Below are positions 29,033 to 37,899 of a DNA stretch of 64,000 nt, in pieces. The DNA comes from Isosphaeraceae bacterium. Its GTDB lineage: Bacteria; Planctomycetota; Planctomycetia; Isosphaerales; Isosphaeraceae. Location: assembly GCA_965201075.1 (NCBI GenBank), contig CBDAVP010000003.1:62001-126000 (forward strand), in the 5' to 3' direction. The notes beneath the pieces were generated by a model, which saw only the letters and a program-made list of their open reading frames with translations, had not been told where the DNA came from and did no database searches. Positions within the stretch are counted from its first letter, which is position 1, and each line of letters starts with the position of its first letter. The position numbers and the translations under genes are program-made.

Positions 29033-30130
29033 TCACCACTTGTCGATCGGGCCCGAAGGAACCGGGACCTTGGGCTCGAAGTGGCCGGGCAGGGGGGCGG
29101 CGGGCCCCGATTCGCGCATCAACGCCACCGTTTCGTCGAACAGGGCGAGGCTGGGAAGGTTGATGAGACGGTGGTACAGCGTCTTGGGAGGGCGGATCAT
29201 GTGGCTGTACCACCGGGTCACCTTGCGGAACTCCAAACAGGCGGTTCGCTCGCCCCGGTCGGCCACGAGGCGATGGAAGTGGCGGACCATCAGGTCGACC
29301 CGGTCCGGAAACGACGGGTCGGGGCCGGGGTCTCCCAGGCGGGCCCAACGGTCAAGCTGGCCGAACAGGAAGGGGTTGGCCAGGGCTCCTCGACCAATCG
29401 AGATCGCATCGCAACCGGTCTCGGCGAACATCGTCGCGGCGTCGGCCAGGGTCCGCACGTCACCATTGCCCACCACCGGAAGGCGATCAACGGCCTCAAC
29501 CACCGCGCGAATGCCTTCGCGGTCAACCTCACCGTTGAACCCCTGGGCGCGGGTCCGCCCGTGGATAATCACCGCCGCCACGCCCACCCCTTCAAAGGCG
29601 CGGGCCAGGGCCGGAGCGGCGAGGTTCTCGGCGTCCCAGCCCAGGCGCATCTTCACGGTGACGGGCACCGCGACCGACTCCACCACCGCGGCCACCAGTC
29701 GGGTCGCGACCGCGCAGTTGTTCATCAACGCCGAGCCGCCGCCGGACTTGACCACCTTCTGGACCGGGCACCCCATGTTGATGTCGACGAGCGTCGCCCC
29801 ATGGTCGACCACGCGTCGGGCCGCCTCGCGCATCTCCGACTCGACGTGGCCGTAAAGCTGGATGGCGACGGGGCGATCGTCGGGGGAGGTGGCCATCAAC
29901 TCGAACGAGCGCGGCCGTCGCTCCAGGATCGCGCGGGCGTTGACCAGATCCGTCGTCGCCAGGCCCAGGCCCCCTTCCGACCGCACCGCCAGGCGGAAGG
30001 CCAGGCTGGTGTAACCCGCCAATGGCGCCAGGAAGAAACGCGAGGGGATCGCCACCCCACCGATGGTCAGCGGCTCTCGGGTGATCGGTGGCGCGTCGGG
30101 CAGAGTGGCGGAGTCGAGGGCGAGATCCAA
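29033..30130 (-). CDS. dusB: tRNA-dihydrouridine synthase (DusB-like)
   Basis: LAPLAGYT..AFR, DINMGCP, VTVKMRLGWD, IHGRTR.Q, GNGD, IGRGAL.NP. Confidence 0.92.
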   Translation of the reverse strand: MDLALDSATLPDAPPITREPLTIGGVAIPSRFFLAPLAGYTSLAFRLAVRSEGGLGLATTDLVNARAILERRPRSFELMATSPDDRPVAIQLYGHVESEMREAARRVVDHGATLVDINMGCPVQKVVKSGGGSALMNNCAVATRLVAAVVESVAVPVTVKMRLGWDAENLAAPALARAFEGVGVAAVIIHGRTRAQGFNGEVDREGIRAVVEAVDRLPVVGNGDVRTLADAATMFAETGCDAISIGRGALANPFLFGQLDRWARLGDPGPDPSFPDRVDLMVRHFHRLVADRGERTACLEFRKVTRWYSHMIRPPKTLYHRLINLPSLALFDETVALMRESGPAAPLPGHFEPKVPVPSGPIDKW

Positions 30131-30220
30131 CGGCGAGGACTCCGGGGGAGGGCCGCGGCGGTCGCGGATCGGCTATCCTACCGCGTCGAGCCTCCACGTT
30201 CGAGCCGAACCCACCCGCCG

Positions 30221-31438
30221 ATGACGACCACCGACGCCGACGCCGAATTCGCCGCCCTGACCACCGACGCCGGCCGCCTCGTGATGGCCGAAGCCTCGGT
30301 CATCGTCCGCCCGGAACCCGCGGACGTGGCCCGCTGGCGAAAGGTCGCGGCTCCCGAGGTCGCCGCCGCCGCCTTGCGACTGGCTCAGTCTCGCCGTCGA
30401 GGTCTGGCGAAGTTCGCCCGGGCCGGCGAGATGTGGCTGACGCCAACCCCGCTGGAGCAGGCCACCCACGAGGTTGTCGCCGCCCACAAGGCCCGCCGAT
30501 TCGCCGGGTCCACCGTGTTGGACCTGTGCTCGGGACTGGGGGGCGACGCGATCGCCCTGGCCGCCGCGGGTTGCCTCGTCGCGGCCATTGACCTTGATCC
30601 GGCGATGAACCAACGCCTCCGTTGGAACGTCCGGGTCCACGGCCTGGAATCCCGCATCAATGCGGTGAGAAGCCGCGCGGAGGCGACCCCCGTTCCCGGT
30701 CGGGCGCTCGTCCACATCGACCCCGACCGACGGGCCGCTCGTGGCTCTCGGGCCCGGTCGGTCCGCGAATACGTTCCGGGTCTCCCGTTTTTGCGTTCGC
30801 TCGCGAGGAGCTGTCGAGGAGGCTCGATCAAGCTCGGGCCCGGGACCGACTTCGCCGAGAGCCTGGGGGATCTGGGACTGGAGTTCGAGATCACCAGTCT
30901 GGGCGGGGAATGCAAGGAGGCCACGGCCTGGTTCGGCGCCCTGGCCACCTGCCAGCGACGGGCGACGACCCTGCCAACCGGGGCAAGTTGGACCAACCAC
31001 GACGGACCAACCGGTTGCGTGGCCCCTCGCCAACCGCCGGGGACGTGGCTATACGACCCCGACCCCTCGCTCGGCCGCTCTGGCCTGCTCGACGGATTCG
31101 CCCTGGAGCACGGCCTGTGCCGAGTCGGGCCAGGTCTCGACCTGCTAACCGGTCCGGGAGCCGTAACTTCTCCGTTCTTGAGCCCCTTTGAGGTGCTCGA
31201 GTCTCTTCCCGCCGACCTCAAGCGGCTTCGGAGGCTGGTGACCGACCACGACCTGGGGACCTTGGAGATCAAGACCGTGGGGGTCGACGCGCGGCCCGAG
31301 ACCCTACGCCCCCGCCTCCCGTTGATGGGACGGGGCCGGGCCACGCTGTTCCTTCTGGGAGGGGACCGGACCCTGGCCCTGCTGGCGCGACGGACCGGTC
31401 GGATCGGTCAAAACGAGGTGGCGAATCCGGGAGAGTAG
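30221..31438 (+). CDS. Class I SAM-dependent methyltransferase with C-terminal THUMP-like domain
   Basis: LEQAT..VA.HKA.RF, DLCSGLGGDA, HIDPDRR, IKLGPG, LYDPDP; true start at 30221, not 28727. Confidence 0.85.
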   Translation: MTTTDADAEFAALTTDAGRLVMAEASVIVRPEPADVARWRKVAAPEVAAAALRLAQSRRRGLAKFARAGEMWLTPTPLEQATHEVVAAHKARRFAGSTVLDLCSGLGGDAIALAAAGCLVAAIDLDPAMNQRLRWNVRVHGLESRINAVRSRAEATPVPGRALVHIDPDRRAARGSRARSVREYVPGLPFLRSLARSCRGGSIKLGPGTDFAESLGDLGLEFEITSLGGECKEATAWFGALATCQRRATTLPTGASWTNHDGPTGCVAPRQPPGTWLYDPDPSLGRSGLLDGFALEHGLCRVGPGLDLLTGPGAVTSPFLSPFEVLESLPADLKRLRRLVTDHDLGTLEIKTVGVDARPETLRPRLPLMGRGRATLFLLGGDRTLALLARRTGRIGQNEVANPGE

Positions 31439-32322
31439 GACACTCCATTCGACCCGGTCGCGTTGAGCGACGGCGGGTGCAGCGCCGAGGCCATCTCCAG
31501 GATGGAAAGGGTGAAGCGGGTCAAGCCATCGACCCCGGAGGGGCAAACCCAGACATAACGGTCGCCGTAATTGGCGACGTGGCAGGCGTTCCTGGGCACG
31601 TCTCGTTTGCCGCCGACCCCATACCAGCCGGGTCGGATGTTGCGGAGCTCGTCGACGATCTCATCGACCTGGTGGGCGACCTCTCGGGCCAGCGGCGTCT
31701 TCCGCTCGATGACGCCGGACGGGCGCTTGGGGTCGATGATCCGCTGATCGCCGACGGTTGAGTTCATCTCGCGGGCCAGCGTCTCGAATGGGGTGTGCTG
31801 GCGGCTGGCGAGGTCCTGGTAGAACAGGTACGACTCGGTTCGCAGATCCTCGGTCGAGGGGGTGAGGTTTTTCAACTCGTGGGCGATGTCGTCGAGCAAT
31901 TCCGGGTCGGGCATCTCGGGAGAGCCGCAGGCGCGTCGATAGGCGACCCGCAGGAGGCGCAACTCGTCTCCGTCAGTGACCGGGGTATGGCCCCACTGCT
32001 GGACGATGGTCCGGGATGCCGACCCGATGGGGTTGACGTTGAGGAAGCTGTTACGGAGTGTCCGATAGGCATTGAAACCCAGTCCCAAAGACCCCTGGCC
32101 CGAGTCCGTGACCTGCGAGGCCCCTCCGGTGAGATTGACGTGCCAGGGCATCGAACCTGGGTTGGCCGCGAACATCGCCAGGTTTTCCAGCACCATTTGA
32201 TATTGCAGGTCGGAGAGGGTACTGGCCTGGGCCACCGTGGAATGGCGCAACTGGGTATTCGCGCAGCCGGTCAGACTGAGGACGCCGACTATCGCCAGGA
32301 AACAAACGAGTCGGGGGGGCAT
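31408..32322 (-). CDS. Hypothetical lipoprotein
   Basis: Hydrophobic signal and lipobox LSLTGC; no family recognised. Confidence 0.75.
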   Translation of the reverse strand: MPPRLVCFLAIVGVLSLTGCANTQLRHSTVAQASTLSDLQYQMVLENLAMFAANPGSMPWHVNLTGGASQVTDSGQGSLGLGFNAYRTLRNSFLNVNPIGSASRTIVQQWGHTPVTDGDELRLLRVAYRRACGSPEMPDPELLDDIAHELKNLTPSTEDLRTESYLFYQDLASRQHTPFETLAREMNSTVGDQRIIDPKRPSGVIERKTPLAREVAHQVDEIVDELRNIRPGWYGVGGKRDVPRNACHVANYGDRYVWVCPSGVDGLTRFTLSILEMASALHPPSLNATGSNGVSYSPGFATSF

Positions 32323-32417
32323 TCCGACCTGCGGGGGGATTTGGTGATTTTGTCCATAGTCAAGGGTTTTATCGGTTGTAGGGCCTCGGTGGTTGAAGCG
32401 ATTTTTTCGGTTGGGTT

Positions 32418-35400
32418 TCAGGTCATCGTTGGAGATCGTGGGCTCGGACCGGTGCGGCCCTCAACGAGCCCATGTTTCTTCAGTTTGCTGAAGAACGTGC
32501 TCCTGGGCATCGACAGCAGTCGGGCCGCCTCGCTGATGTTGCCCTGGGCCCCTTGGAGGGCATCCACGAGCCGAATTCGTTCAAAGGCCAGATATTCGGC
32601 ATCGAGCAGACTGCTCCCGTTCGTCCGAGTGGTTGAGGCCGTGGTCGACGAAGGACTCGCGTCCCAGGAGCTACCCCGGCGCGATTTTCGAGACGATGAC
32701 GAAGCGGCGGAACGTTTCGAGAGCGGGTCGGGTCGGGCCGCCGCCGGCAAATCCTCCGGGCGTATCACCGGGCCGTCCGCCAGGACGACGGCGCGCTCGA
32801 TCACGTTCTCTAGCTCGCGAATGTTGCCAGGCCAGTCGCGGGCGATCAAAGCCTCGATCGCCGCGTCATCGATCCTCGTAATCACTTTCCCAATCCGTCG
32901 GGCGTGACCTTCCAGGAAATGAACCGCAAGCTCGAAAATGTCTTCTTTACGCTCGGAGAGCGAGGGTGTACGTAAGCTGATGACGTTCAGCCGGTAGTAT
33001 AAGTCCGCCCGGAAGCGTCCCGTGCGGATGAGGGCTTCCAGATCCTGGTGGGTGGCCGCCAGGACGCGAACATCCACGTGGATCGTCTGGGCGCTCCCGA
33101 CTTTCTCGAACGACTTGGCCTGAAGCACCCGCAAGAGCTTGATCTGAACCTCGGGGCTGATGTCGCCGATTTCGTCAAGAAACAAGGTTCCCCCATCGGC
33201 CTCCTGAAATCGGCCGACCCGATCTCGGTAGGCGTCGGTGAAGGCTCCCCGGACGTGGCCGAAGAGTTCACTTTCCAGGAGGTTTTGCGACAACGCCGCG
33301 CAGTGGACCTTCACGAACGGCCGCGCGGCTCTAGGGCTTCCGGCGTGAATCGCCTGGGCCAGCAACTCCTTGCCGGTGCCGCTTTCTCCCAGGATCAAAA
33401 CCGCCGAGGGACTCGTGGCGACCTTGCGCGTCACCTCCAGCAACTCTCGGACAGCGGGGCTCGACCCGCGGATCGCCTCGAAGGCCGCGGGCCGTTCCTC
33501 GAGAATCGGGATCGTGGGAGTCTCGCCCGACGCATCCTCGGCCGCGCCAGGGTCGCCCCTCCTCATGAGTTGATCCTGGAGGACCAGAATTCTCCGCTGC
33601 TGCTCGGCGATCTTCTCGACCTTGGCCTGAAGACTTTCCTCAAGAGACTCCAGGGTCCGCTGGATGCCCGCCGAGTGCAACGCCAGGCCCGCCACCGAGG
33701 CCAACGCCCCGAGGAACGCGACCTCCTCATCCTCGTAAGGGATACCACTGCGCTTCGGGCCCAGGACGAGTAGCCCGGCGAGAGATTGCTCGGAGCCGAG
33801 AGCCGCCGCCGCCTCGCCCCCCAGGGCGATGATCGCGTCGGCCGCCGGGTCGGCCGCGGCGCTATGCGAGGTCGGCAGGCGGAAGGTAGGGGACTTGTTG
33901 AGCCGAGTCAAAAGTGGGTCGTCGATCGACAGCGACGGAACGTCCGGCTCGGGTCCCAGGCAGGCGACCAGGCGGGGCGGCTGGTCGGCGACCTCGGAAA
34001 GATAGATCGCCCCCCACTCCACATGCAGAACGTCGGCCGCCGCCTCCAGCAGGCGACGCCCCAGCGTCGGCCGGTCGACCAGGCTGCCAACGGCCAGTCG
34101 CATCCGCCCCATGGCCTGGTCAAACTTCGACTTTTCTCGGTGGAACCGCCGGTCGATCGCCTGCTGAAACTGCTGACGGGCCGCTCCTGAGAGCGCCAGC
34201 ATCGCCAGGGCCGTCACCGCGACAACCCTGGCCTCTCTGGAGGTCGAGAAGTTCTCCAGCTTCATCCCGATCACCAACGCCACGACGACCAAAAGCGCCG
34301 AGTACCCCAACCCCGCGGCCATGTAGAGCGAGGTCCGTCGGAAGATCGCCTCGGCATCCATCAACTTGTAACGGGTGATGCTCACCGCGTAAGCGGCGGT
34401 GTAGAGCAACGAAACCGCGTACATCGGCCAGGCGGTTCGGTCCCGGCCCAGGCTCCCCTGGTCGATCCAGGCTTCCCGGATCACATAGGCGATCAACGGG
34501 GTGGACAGGAGCGTGGCGAGCAAGATCCACCGCAGTTGGTTGCGCTGGGCACGGTTGGACGCCGTGACGAATCGCGTCAAAAGGTAAACCAGGGTGGCCC
34601 CGAAGACCAGGACGGCCAGACCCACATACCCCAGCGCCAGCGTTTTGACGACCAGGATCGCCCGATCAACGACGGGCCCCGACTGGTCGCGAATGGTTCG
34701 GCTGTATCCCATGCTCAGCCAGAGAGCGGCCAGGTAAACCGTCGGGACGCTGTAAAGGATCCGCAAGATGGTCCGTCGCCGCTCCAGGAACCATGTCTGA
34801 GGCTGCGGGAACGTCAGGTAGAAATGAAGGCTCACCGGCGGCAGGAAGATCGCGCAGAGTGCGAAGATATAGATCAAAGGGGGATAAATCACGATCTCCG
34901 ACCAGTGATAGCCTCCCATGAATGCGCCAACGGTCACCACGCAAAGCCAGAAGAACAGCCGAGCGGAGTCGTCGCGAGGGCGCGTCCAGAAAACCCTTGC
35001 TCCAATCGCGAAGATGCTCAATTCCTGAAGAAACCACAGCAATGACGCCAGGTACACGGAGATGGGCCGACGTTCCACCCGGACCATCCCGACCCAGCGA
35101 CGCCCCTCCGGGTCGGACCAGCGCACCTCCACCGGGGAATGGATGGGCTGGTCGACGACCGCATGGTGCAACGCCCGCACATACCCAGGATAGTGGGCAA
35201 TCGGCTGTTCACCTATTTGCAGGATCGTCGAATCCAGAACGGGGGGCGAGGTGGTCCAACGAAATCCCCCCTCTCGCCAACCGGGGTTGACCCGTGGGGC
35301 CTTGTTGAGCCAACCGAACGAGGGAGGGACCTTGTCCTTGAGCTTGGTCCCGAGGACACAACGAATTCCGATATCCCCGGAGGTCGCCACGAAAATCAAG

Positions 35401-35540
35401 ATGATCAGCGAATAGAGCAGCACACCCAGGCCGCAAACCTTGAGAAGGGAAATCCCCGTTAGCCCCTGAGCCCCTTTACGCCACGGAAGGCGTGTCCACC
35501 CACGCCGGTCATGCACCTTGTTGGGTCTGGGACTGGACAT
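32418..35540 (-). CDS. Membrane-integrated sigma-54 enhancer-binding protein (PDZ-like + multi-TM + GAF + AAA+ + Fis HTH)
   Basis: GESGTGKELLA, ELFGHVRGAFTDA, GGTLFLDEIGD, FRADLYYRLNV, WPGNIRELEN, GNISEAARLL; many N-terminal TM helices; GAGG SD before ATG 35540. Confidence 0.92.
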   Translation of the reverse strand: MSSPRPNKVHDRRGWTRLPWRKGAQGLTGISLLKVCGLGVLLYSLIILIFVATSGDIGIRCVLGTKLKDKVPPSFGWLNKAPRVNPGWREGGFRWTTSPPVLDSTILQIGEQPIAHYPGYVRALHHAVVDQPIHSPVEVRWSDPEGRRWVGMVRVERRPISVYLASLLWFLQELSIFAIGARVFWTRPRDDSARLFFWLCVVTVGAFMGGYHWSEIVIYPPLIYIFALCAIFLPPVSLHFYLTFPQPQTWFLERRRTILRILYSVPTVYLAALWLSMGYSRTIRDQSGPVVDRAILVVKTLALGYVGLAVLVFGATLVYLLTRFVTASNRAQRNQLRWILLATLLSTPLIAYVIREAWIDQGSLGRDRTAWPMYAVSLLYTAAYAVSITRYKLMDAEAIFRRTSLYMAAGLGYSALLVVVALVIGMKLENFSTSREARVVAVTALAMLALSGAARQQFQQAIDRRFHREKSKFDQAMGRMRLAVGSLVDRPTLGRRLLEAAADVLHVEWGAIYLSEVADQPPRLVACLGPEPDVPSLSIDDPLLTRLNKSPTFRLPTSHSAAADPAADAIIALGGEAAAALGSEQSLAGLLVLGPKRSGIPYEDEEVAFLGALASVAGLALHSAGIQRTLESLEESLQAKVEKIAEQQRRILVLQDQLMRRGDPGAAEDASGETPTIPILEERPAAFEAIRGSSPAVRELLEVTRKVATSPSAVLILGESGTGKELLAQAIHAGSPRAARPFVKVHCAALSQNLLESELFGHVRGAFTDAYRDRVGRFQEADGGTLFLDEIGDISPEVQIKLLRVLQAKSFEKVGSAQTIHVDVRVLAATHQDLEALIRTGRFRADLYYRLNVISLRTPSLSERKEDIFELAVHFLEGHARRIGKVITRIDDAAIEALIARDWPGNIRELENVIERAVVLADGPVIRPEDLPAAARPDPLSKRSAASSSSRKSRRGSSWDASPSSTTASTTRTNGSSLLDAEYLAFERIRLVDALQGAQGNISEAARLLSMPRSTFFSKLKKHGLVEGRTGPSPRSPTMT

Positions 35541-36002
35541 CGAAACCTCGGCATCCGCGAGCGAACCAACGCGCCTTTCCGACACCCAATCCCGGGCGTT
35601 CGGCGCCGAATCGCCAAAGTCACGTTAGCGAAATCTCGGCGCCGAGTCCACTCTCAGGACTTGCCAAATCATCGCGACCCAGTCAGGTCATCTGTTTTGA
35701 TTGCGTCGAATGGTCAATCTGGGAGTCATGGCGAAAAAGCCTTCCACCGTCAGGTGGGATCTTGGGGGCTTTGGGGGACAGTGCCAGACGAAGTTGCCGA
35801 CGATTGGCGAATTTTCGTTAACAACTATCGCCCGAAAAAGGGACTGCAGTTCGAGGGATTCGCGGTCGTGCGATGGTTCCTCGAATCTCACAGGTTCGGG
35901 AGACTCGGGTACACAAGATGCCAAGGAAAAGGGATGCACGCCGTAGCCAGCCTCCCGTTGATGTGACACCCAGAGATGCGGCCGTGGTGGTGGGGTGAGT
36001 CC

Positions 36003-36863
36003 ATGCAACTTTCCGCGAAGCACCGTGAGCGACGGACCCAAACCATTCCCCTGGTTCAGGGAGAAACGCAACGCCTTCTCTCAAGACGGGGGATCCTGGA
36101 AGTGGTCCGCCTGGGTCGGGGAGAGCCGATCGTGATGGTGCCGGGTTTGGCGGGAGGTTGGCGGCTCCTGGGGCCGCTGGCTCGTCACCTGGCGTGCCGC
36201 CATGAGGTGATCCTCTATGGGTTGCGGGGGGATCGTGGTCCCCTTCCGGTCGCGGGTCCTGACTCGATGGAAGGTCACGCCGAGGATCTGGCCGACCTGT
36301 TGGATTCGTTGGGTCTGGAGCGCCCGACGGTCTTCGGCGTGTCGTTTGGCGGGGCGGTGGCTCTGGAACTGGCGGCCAACCACCCGGGGATTCTCGGTGG
36401 GTTGATCGTTCAGGGGGCCGAGGCGCGGTTTCGCAAGACCGTGGGCTCGGCGATCGCGTTGGGTGCCCTCGAACGTTACCCCTTGCCGGCCAATAACCCG
36501 TTCCTGAATCAGTTCTTCAACCTCCTGCACGGGGGCGTCCCCGGCTCGCAACCCCTGGCCGACTTCGTGGTGGAGCGTTGCTGGGAGACCGACCAGGGAA
36601 TGATTGCCCGCCGCCTGCGGGCCCTGGAGTCGTTCGACGTCTCCGACCGCCTCTGGAGAATCGACGTCCCCACTCTGGTGATGGGCGGGACCCGCGACGC
36701 GGTGGTCGCCATTGGCCGCCAGCGGGATTTGGCCGACGGAATCGCCGGGGCCCAGTTCCGGTCGCTGGAAGGCGCCGGCCACATCGGGTTCCTGACCCAC
36801 CCCTACGAGGTCACCCGCTCGGTCGGCCAGTTCCTGAACCGGACCCGCGGATCCTACTGCTGA
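36003..36863 (+). CDS. Alpha/beta fold hydrolase
   Basis: VPGLAGG, GVSFGG nucleophile elbow, GTRD, GAGH catalytic His. Confidence 0.9.
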   Translation: MQLSAKHRERRTQTIPLVQGETQRLLSRRGILEVVRLGRGEPIVMVPGLAGGWRLLGPLARHLACRHEVILYGLRGDRGPLPVAGPDSMEGHAEDLADLLDSLGLERPTVFGVSFGGAVALELAANHPGILGGLIVQGAEARFRKTVGSAIALGALERYPLPANNPFLNQFFNLLHGGVPGSQPLADFVVERCWETDQGMIARRLRALESFDVSDRLWRIDVPTLVMGGTRDAVVAIGRQRDLADGIAGAQFRSLEGAGHIGFLTHPYEVTRSVGQFLNRTRGSYC

Positions 36864-36906
36864 ACCCACCGCGCCCGGTTCCACCACCAGCCGGGCGGTC
36901 GGTCGC

Positions 36907-37899
36907 TCAGGGCGAGGCCGGTTCCGCGTTCCGCCACTCCACGAACCGGCGGATGCCTTCGGGGAACGAGGTGGCCGGTCGATAGCCGAGTTCGGCGGTC
37001 GCCCGAGAGATGTCGGCGTAGGTCTGCCGCACATCTCCCGGCTGCTCGGGTCGGTGGTCGAGCGTCGCCGGTCGGCCCAGGGCATCGGCGAGCGTGGCGA
37101 TCATTGTGCTCAGCGTGATTGGTTCGGAGTTGCCGAGATTGTACAGGTGGTGGCGAGTGCAGCGGCGGATGGCCTGGACGATCCCTTCGACGATGTCGGC
37201 GACAAACGTGTAATCCCGGCGGGTGGACCCGTCGCCGAAGACCGGGATGGGCCGCCCCGCCGCGATCAGGTTGGCGAACTTGGCGATCGCCAGGTCGGGG
37301 CGGTTGCGAGGTCCATAGGCGGTGAAGAACCGCAGGCCCGTCACCGGCAACCCATGAAGGTGGTGGAACGTGTAGGCCAGGAGTTCGCTCGCCATCTTCG
37401 TGGCGGCGTAAGGACTGATCGGCAAATCCACCCGGTCTGTCTCGCGAAAGGGGGCGTCCGGCCGGTCGCCGTAGACACTGGAGCTGGAGGCGTAAACGAA
37501 CCGGGGAAGCGGGTCGAGGCGGCTCGCGGCGTGAAGCAGGTGGGTGGTCCCCAACACGTTGACCTCGGCATACCCGGCCGGGTCCTCGATGCTCGGGCGA
37601 ACCCCCGCGCGGGCGGCCAGGTGGACAATAACGTCGGGACGTACCTCGCCGATCAGGCGGGTGACCCCCTCGCCGTCGCGGATGTCGAGCGAGACCAGGC
37701 GAAAGGCTCGTTGGGAACGGGCCGCGGCCAGGTTGGCCTGTTTGCGGGCCTCGTCATAAAAGGGGTCGAAGTTGTCGACCGCGACGACCTCCACCCCCTC
37801 GCCGAGCAACCGGTCAACGAGATGCGACCCGATGAACCCGGCCCCCCCCGTCACCAAGGTCCGGCCGATGGGGCGTTCGCTCCGCTCGGGGTCACTCAA
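36907..37899 (-). CDS. NAD-dependent nucleotide-sugar epimerase (UDP-glucuronate 4-epimerase/CapI-like)
   Basis: TGGAGFIGSH, HLAARAGVRPS, ASSSSVYG, PISPYAATK, LRFFT.YGP..RPDLA. Confidence 0.9.
   Translation of the reverse strand: MSDPERSERPIGRTLVTGGAGFIGSHLVDRLLGEGVEVVAVDNFDPFYDEARKQANLAAARSQRAFRLVSLDIRDGEGVTRLIGEVRPDVIVHLAARAGVRPSIEDPAGYAEVNVLGTTHLLHAASRLDPLPRFVYASSSSVYGDRPDAPFRETDRVDLPISPYAATKMASELLAYTFHHLHGLPVTGLRFFTAYGPRNRPDLAIAKFANLIAAGRPIPVFGDGSTRRDYTFVADIVEGIVQAIRRCTRHHLYNLGNSEPITLSTMIATLADALGRPATLDHRPEQPGDVRQTYADISRATAELGYRPATSFPEGIRRFVEWRNAEPASP

Noticed and set aside
28727..30220. 500-aa N-terminal extension of the 903-aa methyltransferase ORF
   Set aside because: Antisense to dusB and the glgX start; methyltransferase motifs begin only after ATG 30221
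35541..36002. AT-richer 460-bp spacer between the sigma-54 activator and the alpha/beta hydrolase, searched for a -24/-12 promoter or sRNA
   Set aside because: No correctly spaced element or convincing structure found by eye
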